Below are positions 37,463 to 49,889 of a stretch of DNA of 64,000 nt, one piece after another. Location of the stretch: assembly GCA_963514005.1 (NCBI GenBank), contig OY740809.1, forward strand, positions 20,708,001 through 20,772,000, given 5' to 3'. The first letter of the stretch is position 1. Each line of letters opens with the position of its first letter. Source of the stretch: Raja brachyura. Taxonomy: Eukaryota. Under the pieces are notes generated by a model, which ran no database searches, was not told the origin of the DNA, and worked only from the letters and a program-made list of their open reading frames with translations. Position numbers and translations under genes: made by a program.

Positions 37463-39538
37463 AAAAGGGGGATTTTAATTGAACTTTATTGTGAATTTGT
37501 TTTAATAATGTAACAGCTATCAGTAATGTCACATAACTTTGATGATTACAACAACTCTGTTGCAATGCAGGAATTTTTTATACTATTTTCAAAATTTAAA
37601 TTATTTTGGATGCTTTTCTAAGTACACATATTTAGTCAATAATTTATCATTTCCATAACAAGTCCCAACTTGGCATTGATTGATCACTTGATGAAACCTC
37701 AATCCTGACTTGGCAGTCAGCATATCAATAAATCTTAACTCTTGCACTTCTAGTTTTGTTTTTGCATAAAGCTGAACTGCTAACCATAGTAATTTATCAG
37801 AAGCTAAAAGTTGTGAAGATTTTGACCATTACATTCTGTGCACTCACCCTTTTTGACAGTATTTTAAAAGAATGTAGGGAAACGTATTTTAATTCACTGA
37901 CCTTTTTCTGTTCTTTGTTGCTGGATGATGAGTGTAAAGTAAGTTTTTAGAATTTGTCCTGCCCAAAATATATGCCATTTCCATCCAGTTTGAGTTCCAC
38001 CTTCAATTGTGGAGAATATTTTTATTTTCTCTTTTCATCTACACTGAACAAGAACTGGAAAAAAAAGGCAACGTTATTTGCTGGCCGACAGGATTGGAGA
38101 TGATCGGACAACAAGTTAGTCAAAGTGGATACAATTTCAGAATCTTGTATATAAACCAATAAATCAAAAGCAGAAATGTTGCTGTATTTTTTTTTAAAAA
38201 AGCCTTCATATCTCAAGAAAAGCTATTTTCAGTTTTCACCAAATACATAAAGCTGCTGGGCTTTGGTTGCATCTTTTGATAACATTTCCATACTCTGCTT
38301 GGAAAGGAAGCAAATTACTTTGAAATCTGCCATAAAGTTGCCATATTTTGACCAAGCAGCAGCAGGAATTGCTGTTCTGAACCTGTTATCACAAAAGTCT
38401 TGGGGAGAGGAGGTAAAGCAAAAGTTGGCTCCATTTCTTCCTTCAATTTGGGGACAATTGTTCATTATAAACAATAAAACACATGGATTGATATTTGGTG
38501 GCTGATTTAAGGGGGGGGGGGAAAGAAATATGTACATGGCCTATACAGGCTATGAGAAAATTAATTAAAGTGAGTATTTTGAAGTATTTGGAATTTTAAA
38601 TTAACCATTTCAACAAAAGTCACACTTTTTTACGAGTTTGAGCAATTTAGTTCCCAGTCATTTGAAAGCTGTTGAAACTTTCAGTGCAACAAGATTTCTC
38701 CAAACTCTTACTTTTCATTATATCACTGCTTGATGTAGTATGTGCTGAGAAAAAGCTTCAAACACTGCAACCTTACTGATTTAAGATCGTCTCGAAAATA
38801 CAAGAAAATTGATGTTTACCTCATGAATTGGTCAAGGATGAAGGTGTAGCATCTGAAAAGTTTTTCCTGGGTTTAGAATAAATATCGCAAATTTGTTTTG
38901 ATTACTGGAGGTTAGATTAAAATGTACAAGATGACAGAATACATTTACAATTTGTAAGAATTGTATTCCATGCTTTGCAAGCTAATTTAACTTCACAGAA
39001 TCTACACTCCCTAAAGTGTTCCGTGATTAAGGTCCGCAATTTGAAAACAAAATAATCAAGGGTGATGTCTCACTGGCTTTTCTACTGCTATCCAGCATTT
39101 AGCCATTTAAGCACTGGTATCTTGAAGATATTCCAAACGTTGTTAGACATGGAATTCATAAAGTCATACTTGTCACTTGGCTCTGCTGCTAGATTCCCCA
39201 TGGCATTCAATGGAATAGCCAAGCCTTGCTGAGATTCCATTATATTGCCATTGGAGAATTCCCATTAAAAGTCTGCTGTAGATGAGATATGGCAAAGTAT
39301 CTGAAGCCACGTTTATGTCAATTGAGATCATGAACCTATCAATTCAGAGGCAAAAAGTGCAAAATAAATTAGTTTGCTTTGTGTTCATATTTTTAACTCT
39401 TGTTTTAAAGTTAATCTCCATTTAAAGTTAATTTTTAAATATGTCGCATTTAAAATGCTAAAATGTTGTACCTTTTTCACTTACCATCAGACTGTTGCAT
39501 GCATCAAATCTCGATGTATCATTGTTAGCAGAGAAGGA

Positions 39539-39786
39539 CTGTGTAGAAAGGAACTGCAGATGTTGGTTTAAACCGAAGGTGGACGCAATGCTGGGGTAAT
39601 TCAGCGGGACAGGCAGCATCTCGAGAGAGAGAAGGAATGGGTGACGTTTCGGGTGAGAGAAGGAATGGGTCGAGGCTGCCTGAAGACACCTATCTGAAGA
39701 AGGGTCTCTACCTGAAATGTCACCATTCCTTCTCTGCAGAGATGCTGCCTGTCCTGCTGAGTTACTCCAGCATTTTGTGTCTTAAA
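39539..39786. mobile_element. Inverted-pair Penelope-type hammerhead element with TSD
   Basis: Perfect 14-bp TSD ttagcagagaagga (39525-39538 / 39787-39800). Confidence 0.85.
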
Positions 39787-40639
39787 TTAGCAGAGAAGGA
39801 TCTAGTAGGCCCAGCTGCTTACATCAGCCGTCTCTGCATGAATTGCCAAATTTGAGAAACATTTATCTTGTATAGACACATCCATGAAAGGAAACGGTTG
39901 AAGAAGAGGCTGATAACTTGAAAAACAGTTCAATCTGGAAGTGTGAAAAAGCAATACTTGGCGATTTGGGCTTGAAGTAAATTTTGTACTGGCAAATCTC
40001 CTTGGATTATCCAAAGTTTTTGTTTAATGATGTTGAGCAAGAACTAGAGCGTTCTTTTAATCCAAAACGGATAGAAATACTACAGATTTGTGACAATCAT
40101 CAATGAGCACATTCTTTCATTCATGAACGTGACCTTGCCTCGATAATGAGTAATTGAGCTGGCGGATGGGAGAATTCTGTGGAAGCAGTTGAACAGGCAA
40201 AACCTGATATCCAACTTGCATGTAAAGTTGCTGGAGGGATGGCAATGGAATGTAAGAATGCAAGACAATTTCATTGACTGTAGGTAACTGGTATAACAGC
40301 AGTCATTTATATACTTTAGCAACATCCAATGCTGGATAGATCCATTCTGTCATTTGCCATCGTTGCAATGACTGTCATGCAATTTAGACTTGTGGGTTTG
40401 GAACAGCCAAAACAAAGGTTGTGTTTCGACTCTGAAGATCAGAGGGCAAGGTGTCCAACAATAGCACATTCAATGGTAAATTTAAACCAACAGTTTACAG
40501 CAATAGCAGGTTCTTTGATGTGTGGATGTTTGTTCTGGCAGTGGAGAACTAGGTTTATGTAGTATCTTCATCAGAGTAAAAGCAGTAATCAAGAAAATCT
40601 GATGATTTTAAAAACAAGAACAGGAAAAATCCGGGCTCC

Positions 40640-40770
40640 AATGGTTTGACATGTGGCTCACTGAGTGGTATTTCCCATGCTCTCTTTAAATCTACTGAGG
40701 CTACTTTCCCACACCAGTCCTTCACAAAATTCTGTTTTCGGGCACTCCATGTATACAAACACTGGGACTC
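40640..40770 (+). repeat. Direct repeat, copy 1 (possible LTR remnant)
   Basis: tttgacatgtggctcactgagt..tatttcccatgctctctttaaatctactgaggc...gcactccat is similar to 43775-43895. Confidence 0.7.
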
Positions 40771-40939
40771 CATTTCCTGTGCTCTTAAATGCATCTGTTT
40801 CACAGAATAAAAAAGCATTTAACATCAAAAAGATATGAATTAAAAGTGGGTTCAGGTATAAATGGGAGGAACATCCAAATGTCCTGAATCTAGCACCACA
40901 AGACCTGAGGGTGCTGGATTATGGGAGTGTCACTGTATT

Positions 40940-43060
40940 GTGGGAATTGATATAGATGCAGACTGTTTGATTATGAATCAAGAACAATGAGATCAACTGC
41001 TGCAGTCTTCCAGACAACAGGAATAATTGGCTGCGGCAACTTCAAATTGATTGAAAGAATGATTTGCCAAGGCTTCAAAGTTGCACCATGACACACTGTG
41101 GGAAATGTTTGGAATCAACTACACCGGCTGGCATAATACACACATTGGCATCAGACCAGATGCAAAGCAGTTTTTGCAAGCTCAAACCAGTCCTGCATGT
41201 CCTAAAGAGACAAAGTCAAAGCCAATTTTATTCGTCCAGATAAGTTAGGACAAAAAACGTGTTCATATGAACTTGACCATGGTGAATGTTCCTCTCCAAT
41301 AGCAGTCGTGCCTCAGATGGGCGGGGTAGTGTGCTGATGCTGCAAAGTCCAGTTATAGACAATGCACAATGTGTGCTCCCCATTTGGTAAGTCTTGTATG
41401 TGGAGTAGAAAATAAAGCAAAAAATTGTACCCCTCGTGCTTAAGACCAATTGAATGTTCTCAAAAACGGTCAGCAATACGTAACCATAAGCAAGATATTG
41501 TACAATATCATCTCCAGGCCATAACATGTAGAATCGTGTAGGACATGGATCATGCTGACTTACTAAGCTTCTGTTGAGGGTCAATGAGAGAGAATAAATG
41601 ATTATTTTGAAATAAGTATTTGGGAGATTACATGAGCACAGTGTCTATTGGAGGTGAAGCAGGTGTGCTTTTTGTAACGGGTATTGTGCCTTTTGTTTAA
41701 AGGTTAATGCTTATGGCTTACAACCAAAGAAAGTGAAGTTTTGGGGCTGTTACCATTGCACCAAAGCCTGAGAACATAGCAGAGCGAAGGTCATTCTGAG
41801 GAATCGTGACTTCTTGCTAGGGGCTTTTCTCGATGGTTCAGATCATTACTTTATTTATTGGAAAATGGAATAACATGGTGGTGTAAGGAGTAACAATATT
41901 GAAAAAACAAGTAGCAACTATGGCTCTTGTTCATTACAATACTATGCACAAGTTGGTCATTGAGTCCTTGTATGGACAAGTCCAATTGTACGTCAATTGG
42001 AAAAGAAGTACTTGAAATGGTGCTTGGCATCTGAAAATTCCATCAGTCATAATAGATGGGTCTTTAATCTTAATCATAGTTTAGAATCTGCCATTATTGA
42101 CATTGTGCTCCAAATCTGCAAACATTTGTCTATCAGAAGGCAAGGAGTGTGCATTTCTTCTATTGGCACATGAATTACAATTGAGCACAGGAATTCCAAG
42201 CACTATGCCTTGGTAAATGCTCCATTGTGGCAACAGCATGAAATAATTCTTTCTGGGAGTGAATGTGTGAATTTAATTGCCATTGAGGCTGTAGATGCCA
42301 TCCAGTAAATTGTAAACATAGAAAAACTGTATTGCAGAGTCTTTGAAAAAAGCAAAAAAGGATGGACAGAACCTGCTGGTATAAATGAGGAAGTGAGAGC
42401 ATTTTACAGTGGGTGCAGGGATGTATCAAGTGGGATAATGCATAGTGTTCGGGGACCTGGAGCATAGATTTTATGGATGAACTTGATAGCAAGTTCAAGA
42501 GCATGGGTATGAAAGCAATGGTGGCTTTGTTTATTGGCCGTGTTTAGTCAGTTGACCTTGGATTTTTGTAAGGAAAAGCAGTAATTGCCATAGTTGTATA
42601 TATAAGCAATTAAAAACTAATTTGTAGCAATGTTTATGTTGGCAATAAACAATGTATGTCATGGATTATCTGAATTTTGTTTTTCTTACCCTCATTTCAA
42701 TCTATCCTGTTTGGAAACTATACACTGGATATACTCTTGTTCGTTCATAGGGTCTGACCTCCAAAAGAGCAGCAGGGAGGTCAGTGGATAACCAAGCATT
42801 CAGGAAGCAAATGTTAAAGGACTGCTGAAAATTCAGAATGGAGCATTGCTTGGCCAATTTCTTAACGACGGAGTGCCTCTGTATGTCATCAAAGTTTGCT
42901 GTTCAGAACCTGTGGAGGAAAGGAGATTGGGATTATGCTTGAGCCTTGCTCAATCAAATTTGGTTGTGGAAGCAGTTGAATCAAAGTCACCATTGCACTA
43001 TCAAGCATAAAAGGTGCATTTGTCGTCACTTTCTTAAGTAAGTCAAACTTGAGTAGAACC
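40940..43060 (+). pseudogene. Highly decayed Gypsy-like pol relic
   Basis: Scattered motifs in Gypsy order: NNWLRQLQID (about 41020), SPIAVVP (about 41295), a WWPGI/CxxC-like region and HIDF-like atagattttatgg (about 42370-42480). Many stops and frameshifts. Confidence 0.45.
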
Positions 43061-43273
43061 AACATGAAGGTTTGCTGTCATGTTAGACCAGAGACATGGT
43101 TTGACCTATTCATTTTAAAATTCAGTGCAGAAAGAATAAAGAAGGATCGCGATCTGAAACGTCACCTATCCATATTCTCCAGAGATGCTGCCTGGCCCGC
43201 TGTGTTACAACAAATGATTCAATGATACTTTATTGTCACATGTACCTAGGAACAGTGAAATTCTTTTTTTTCA

Positions 43274-43422
43274 TGCAATCCAGTCGTTGTCGTGGCTATC
43301 CCTCGAGGTTGAGGATGATGGTCTACGTTCTGTTGTTTTTATGGACACTCAGGTGGCTTATGAGGTCAATCCTGGCTTTGAACGTTCTTCGGCATTCAGG
43401 ACGGGTAATTCCAGATGGGCTT
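43274..43422 (-). mobile_element. RTE-clade LINE 3' end
   Basis: Minus strand PECRRTFKARIDLISHLSVHKNNRT* followed by a short UTR ...cctcgagggatagccacgacaacga. Confidence 0.75.
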
Positions 43423-43532
43423 TGGTTATTATACCAGTAAAATCATACAGTAGACTTCACCTAGGCAGGTGGCACGTTCTCAAGTGTTACTCCAACACTT
43501 GACTTTTTTGTAAACCAGCATCTGCTGTTCCT

Positions 43533-43735
43533 GTGTAGGAAGGAACTGCAGATGCTGGTTTAAATTGAAGATAGACACTAACTGCTGGAGTAACTCTACT
43601 AAGAACGAATGGGTGATGTTTCTGGTTGAGACCCTTCTTCAGACTGGGTTCTTCAGTCTGAAGAAGGGTCTGGACTCGAAACGTCACCCATTCCTTCTAT
43701 CCAGAGATGCTGAGTTACTCCAGCATTTAGTGTCT
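43533..43735. mobile_element. Inverted-pair hammerhead element with TSD
   Basis: Perfect 13-bp TSD atctgctgttcct (43520-43532 / 43736-43748); plus-strand core ctgaagaagggtctggactcgaaacgtc at 43658-43685. Confidence 0.85.
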
Positions 43736-43774
43736 ATCTGCTGTTCCTTATGTCTACAATAAAAATCTGCTGTC

Positions 43775-43895
43775 CAATAATTTGACATATGGCTCACTGA
43801 GTATTTCCTATGCTCTCATTAAACCTACTGAGGCCGTATTCCCGCACTCATCCGTCTTACATTTCCGGACTCTAGCACTCCATACATACATTGGA
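43775..43895 (+). repeat. Direct repeat, copy 2 (possible LTR remnant)
   Basis: Similar to 40640-40770. Confidence 0.7.
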
Positions 43896-44395
43896 TTGGA
43901 AAATTGGTGACAAACTCAAGTGTTTGTGCAGATTAAGTGAAGGCATGTCTAAATTGGATGCAGTCCGGACTTCAGGAAGACAAGTACCAAATCAAAGAAA
44001 GTGACAAAGGAAAAGCATATTTATTTCAGTTCAAATCCAGGACCCAAGAGTCCAGAAGTTGAACCAATGCAAAGTCGAGTAAATTCTGCAAATAATTGAC
44101 TGATTTTAGATTTTTTTTTTGTGCATGCTGGCAGCTGCATTTATTGCCCTCCCGGGACTTGGGCCCCTACAATAATGAAGCAGCAGATATTTCTGAGCCC
44201 TAGTCAAATGTGATTTGGAGGAAAATCTATAGATGGCAGTGTTCCTTTTTACTTGCTGTCCTTGCCCTTTGAAGGGGTTGGGGAAAGCAAGTGACTGTGG
44301 TGTACTTTGCAGATGGTTTACCCTCTAGTGGTGGAGGGAATGGATAGAGAATCAAGAGCCATTTAAGGCAGTTATTGAAGCAGAAATGCTTTGAA

Positions 44396-44515
44396 GAGTC
44401 TGAAGAATCTCGTCCCAAAATGTCACCTTTCCATGTTCTTCAGAGATGCTGCCTGACCCGCTGAATTACTTCAGCACACTTTTTTGTAAACCAGCATCGA
44501 CAAACCTTGTTTCCT
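44396..44515 (+). repeat. Penelope-type repeat with TSD
   Basis: TSD cagaaatgctttgaa (44381-44395) / cagaaatactttaaa (44516-44530). Confidence 0.8.
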
Positions 44516-45299
44516 CAGAAATACTTTAAACCTTGATTTTTTTCGGATCTACGTTCAGGCATCCAGGCAAGTAGCGAGTTTGCCATTATCATGATCTTAA
44601 TTTGTGACTTTAAATCGTGGAAAGTTTGGATGTGAGAAAATTAGATGCTTGCTGCAGGCAGTAAAATTGTATGTCGTAATAAACACATTGGCACTGAATA
44701 TATAATATGTATCCACTCATAATATAAATGCACTTCAGAATAGCCAGTTTTGGCCTCCTCTTGTACTCGTGATATTTCTCTTTCTGGTTAGGGTTGTTCC
44801 TCTAGATGCTGCTGATGCCATTGTACATTAAATGTCCGAGAGACTGCTCTCCCATTTCGGAGACTGTCTTTGTCCAATACTTTTATGCGATTAATTATTT
44901 GTCGCTTCTCTTCCAACTTTCTGAATATTGACCAGGTCTTGTTGCATGAAGTACACTGAAATATGAATATTGATCTCTTTGTTGCTTTGAAATGAAGGGA
45001 TTTAGTGTAGTATGTCTCTTAAGTGTGTGCATATGCTGCTCCCCCTTTGGCTGTTTTCAAAGTGTGATCCTATTGATAAGCACTGTTTGAAGTCCATCTG
45101 CTCTGCCCAGTGTGATATGTTTATGTTATGAGTGCACGTGTTATCTGTACATTTTATAGTATGCGTCAATGTATTTTGTTTGGAGTTTTATTATCCACAA
45201 AGTTTTGACTAAGCCTTTGTAAGCTGTATAAGGTTTCGGCCGGGGAGTTTAATCACTATTACGAGCAAGGTTGACCATTTACATCAGTTCAGGTATACA

Positions 45300-46698
45300 T
45301 TTGATAATTCTAGGCAGCTGGATATTCATGGACTTTTTCTCTATGAATGTGATAGCAAGAAAGGTCTGAGCGTAGTGGATGCACCAAATGCTGTGGGACC
45401 AGACAACATCGGGCTATGCTGCAGAAATAATCTCTCCAGCTTATCTGTTCCATTACAGCTGCAACACCTGGCATTACCCACAAAGTAGATAATTGCCCAG
45501 GTACATCTTGTTCACAAAAACAAGACAAACCCAATCTGGCTAATTCAACGGCTCTCAAAGATCAGCAAAGTGACGAAAGCTGGTATCATGTGTATTATCA
45601 GACCATACTTGCTCAACAATACTCGCTGATGCTCCTTTGGGTTTTGCCAGGATCACTCGTCTTCACACCTTGTTTCAGCCTCAGTTCAAGCAGCTGTTTT
45701 CCAGAGGTGAGTTGAGTGACTGACCATTATATTAAGGCAGCATTGCACCAAATGTGGCATCAAGATGCACTGTTAAAAGTGATGGTGATCAAAGGGTGAA
45801 CACCCCAATGTTGGAGTATCACCCTGCACAAAGGAAGGTGCGTTGTGGTTGTTGGAGGTCAACCATTCCAACCCTGGTACATGGCTGCAGGTGATCCTCA
45901 GGGCAGATCTGAGCAAAGATCTTATAGCGATAGGATCTTTGGATCCGATCCAATCATCTAGAGCTGCTTCATCAGCGACTTTCCATCATGAGATCAGAAG
46001 TGCGACGTTTGCTGATTCGACAGTGTTCCATTCCATTTAGTAACTTCTCAACAAATTAACAAGTTCATAGCTGCATGAAGCAAGACCAAGTGACTAATGA
46101 GCCTCAACTCACATTCTTGAGGCAGAGGTACAAGGAAATGGCCATCTCCAACAACAGAGTGGTAATGCAATTGAATGTCAAGAATACGTGGCTGTAAACA
46201 ACGTCTCCTACTATTAACAACCCTGAAACTCAACTGAACCTGGCAATTACTTGCCTTCTGGCACTCAATCAATCCCATAATTTACAAGGCATGAATCAGG
46301 AGAGTGATGAAATACTGTCCACATAAAATACTGACAATATTCATGAAGCTCAATATCATCCAGAACAAAAAAGCCCTCATAACTTGCACCCTGTTAACCA
46401 CCATTCATTCCCTCGACTACCAGCCCATAGTGGCTACATGCACATGCAGTGTATTATGTGCCAAAATTACTCTAATACACCTCCCAAAACCTGTAGCCTC
46501 TACCATCAAGAAGGTCAAAAGCAGCAGATGGATGGGAATACCATCACCTGGACATTCCCCTTCAAAGGTAGCACACACTACTGATCTAGAATCGTCTTGT
46601 TGTCCTTCATCATTCCTACCTAGCAGCAATGTTGGATTGCTATCATCAGAATGATTGCAGTAAGAAGGCTTGCCACAAACATTGCAAGAGAAGGGTGA
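45300..46698 (+). mobile_element. Old CR1/L2-group LINE RT fragment
   Basis: Decayed motifs resembling QFGFRQ, DIKAAFDRVWH (about 45730-45760), VVVGGQ and FADD (about 46010). Confidence 0.65.
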
Positions 46699-46700
46699 TA

Positions 46701-48327
46701 CAGTGATCTCCATAATGTTTGGGACAAAGACCCATCATTTATTTATTTGCCTCTGGACTCCACAATTTGAGATCTGTAATAGAAAAAAAAGTACATGCGG
46801 TTAAAGTGCACATTATCAGATTGTATTAAAGGCCATTTTTATACATTTTGGAAAAATTACAGCAGTGTTTATACATAATCCCCCCCACATCCCCCCATTT
46901 CAGGGCACCATAATGTTTGGGACACAGCAATGTCATGTAAATGAAAGTAGTCATGTTTAGTATTTTGTTGCACATCCTTTACATGCAATGACTGCTTGAA
47001 GTCTGCGATTCATGGACATCACCAGTTTCTGGGTGTCTTCTCTGGTGATGCTCTGTCAGACCGGTATTGCAGCCATCTTTAGCTTATGCTTGTTTTGGGC
47101 GCAAGTCCCCTTCAGTTTTCTCTTCAGCAATTGGGTTCCGATCGGGTGATTGACTTGGCCACTCAAGAATTGACCATTTTTTAGGTTTGAAAAACTCCTT
47201 TGTTGCTTTAGAAGTATGTTTGGGATCATTGTCTTGCTGTAGAATGAACCGCCGGCCAATGTTTTGAGGCATTTGTTTGAACTTGAGCAGGCAGGATGTG
47301 TCTATACACTTCAGAATTCATTATGCTACTACCATCAGCAGTTGTATCATCAATGAAGATAAGTGAGCCAGTACCTTCAGCAGCCATACACGACCAGGCC
47401 ATAACACCCTCACCACTGTCCGTGGTATGCTTTGGATCTTTGGCAGTTCCTTCTCTCCTCCATACTATGCTCTTGCCATCACTCTGATATAAGTTAATCT
47501 TTGTCTCATCTGTCCACAAGACCTTCTTCCAGAACTGTGGTTGATCTTTTAAGTACTTCTTGGGAAACTGTAACCCAGCCATCCTATTTTTGTGGCTAAC
47601 CAGTGGTTTGCATCTTGCAGTGTAGCCTCTGTATTTCTGTTCATGAAGTCTTCTGTGGACAGTGGTCATTGACAAATCCACACCTGACTCCTGAAGATTG
47701 TTTCCGATCTGGCGGACAGGTGTTTGGGGACTTTTCTTTACTATAGAGAGAATTCTTCTGTCATCAGCTGTGGAGGTCTTTCTTGGCCTGCCAGTCCCTT
47801 TGCGATTAGTAAGCTTACCCATGCTCTCTTCCTTCTTAATGATGTTCCAAACAGCTGATTTTGGTACGCCTAAGGTTTAGCTGATGTCTCTAACAGTTTT
47901 ATTCTTGTTTCTCAGTCTCATAATGGCTTTTTTGACTTTCATTGGCACAACTTTGGTCCTAGTGTTGATAAACAGCAATAAAAGTTTCCAAAGGTGATGG
48001 AAAGACTGGAGGAAAGACTAGATGCTGAGAGCTCTCTTATACCTGCATTAAGGAGGCAATTAAACACACTTGCGCAATTACAAACGCCTGTGAAGCCATG
48101 GATGTCCCAAACATTATGGTTCCCTGAAAAAGGGGGGGACTATATATAAACACAGCTGTAATTTCTACATGGCGAAACCAAAATGTATTAAAATACCCTT
48201 TAATAAAATCTGACAATGTGCACTTTAACCAGATGTGCTTTTTTTTAATTACAAATCTCAAATTGTGGCGTACAGAGGCAAATAAATAAATGATGGGTCT
48301 TTGTCCCAAACATTATGGAGTGCGCTA
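46701..48327 (-). mobile_element. Tc1-family DNA transposon with IR/DR-type long TIRs
   Basis: TA|CAGTG start; TIRs of about 225 bp; motif ccataatgtttgggaca occurs at outer and inner positions at both ends (about 46710, 46908; 48103, 48302). Confidence 0.92.
46957..47963 (-). pseudogene. Disrupted Tc1 (DD34E) transposase
   Basis: [30 protein letters not shown] and the C-terminus RLQAVIACKGCATKY*. It has an in-frame stop near 47880, frameshifts, and a deletion at the catalytic Glu. Confidence 0.9.
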
Positions 48328-48427
48328 GGTTTGCCAGCAAAGCCTTGGGGCCCAAAAATGCAAATTGCAAAACAAACATCAATGCAGAATGTGTCTCATA
48401 ATCAGTACAATCGGTTCACTAATTTTG

Positions 48428-48480
48428 CTTTAATTCCACCTTGTGGAATTAATTCCCTTTAATTCCACCTTGTGGAATTA
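48428..48480. repeat. Tandem duplication of a palindromic 24-mer
   Basis: ctttaattccaccttgtggaatta at 48428 and 48457. Confidence 0.9.
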
Positions 48481-49567
48481 TCTTCAAAGATTTATTTTTT
48501 ACCCTTTTAAGATAAAGAAAATCACCATAGCAATCCAGTCTATGCAAGCCCTAGTCTAATATGCTTTAATTGTGTTCTTCCTGCTGTGCTATACGGTTGA
48601 AGATGGTAGATTGAATAAAATTCCATGTTCTGATCAGACAAAAGTCTCCAATCATTTTTTGCTCCCTCGCTGCTCTACTGGCTTCACAGTATAATATTTA
48701 CTTATTCATTCGATATGTTTGCTATCCTGGCTTTAACAATTCTTGAAGATTAAACAATACCTGCTGTGAATTATTCTCTTTATTTAAATGCTTAGTGATG
48801 CCTGTCCTGTGTATGTTCTTTCAAACAGTGAACTTGTGCTCACATTTCTTTGTGCCCTGGAGCATATTGAAATAATGACTTGCATTTATTTTTCATAACC
48901 CTGGGATATTCTGTAATTTGGCCTATATTTTTTAAACTGAAAATCCCTAGTTTGACAAGTTGTTTACCAAGTGCTTTTCTCTCTCGTTGTTGAGCTATTA
49001 GGGAGTTTATGAAATGGGTGGTTTGTGCATGGTGGTGCTGCGCTGTTTCAATGCGATTGCAACTCTTGTGAATAGTTAAAATTAATCAGCACCTTTTGCC
49101 TAGGTTTTATTTATTGCTGGTGAAGTTTAGCTTCACCAAATTTAGATTTTCTGCCAACTTTAGTCCCACTCATGAAGTATGTTTGCCTTTTCAGTTTCAC
49201 ATTAGCAAGGACAATTTTCCAAGGTAATCATTCCAGCTGCAGATTTAAAGATTCCCTTTGTAGCTGTAGCTGTTTCTTTGTATTTATTCAAACTTGATTA
49301 CCTTGCATTAAGAAAATTAGTGAGTTCTCGACAGACGGTAAGTAAAGCTTTTACAATTTTGGCGCTGATGGCTTCTATCTGAGGATAACAGAGGAATGTT
49401 TGAGTTTGATGACTAATCCACACTAAAGACACATTTAGCCATTAAAATCTTTCATGGAGGTCGGCAAGCTTTCATCTTAATCCCCGGTAAACTTGGTTTC
49501 CTTGAAAGTTGAGGTAATTTCCTTTGGAGCATTGTTTGTAGGATGGGAAGAACAGACTCAACAATCA

Positions 49568-49696
49568 TGTGTAAGAAGGAACTGCAGATGCTGGTTTAAA
49601 CCGAAGAGACACAAAAAGCTGGAGTAACTCAGCGGGACAGGCAGCATCCCTGGAGAAAAAGAATGGGTGATGTTTCGGCTCGAGACCCTTCAGACT
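49568..49696 (-). repeat. Penelope-type hammerhead repeat
   Basis: gaaggaactgcagatgctgg...gggtgatgtttcggctcgagacccttcagact. Confidence 0.85.
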
Positions 49697-49889
49697 TGCC
49701 ACTCCAAAACTTAACGTTCCCTGGCACTCTACTTCCCTGTCACTGATCTTGTTAGCCGGGTGTAAGATGACACACTTGAATATGTAAAGGACTATCTCTT
49801 GGCTAATTTCTGCAGGGTGTCCAGAAAATTTGTGCTTTTATTGTTCATCTTGATAAATCCTGTTCATCTTGATAAATCTCCTCGTGGAC

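Larger units (their letters stand above)
43140..43760 (+). mobile_element. Penelope-type repeat hosting nested insertions
   Basis: The host repeat breaks at gtgttac (43202-43208), resumes at gtgttac (43484-43490), and breaks again at 43533. Confidence 0.75.

Noticed and set aside
39820-40940. Possible decayed pogo/Tigger transposase ending ...cactgta
   Set aside because: Motif resemblance is too weak to support by eye.
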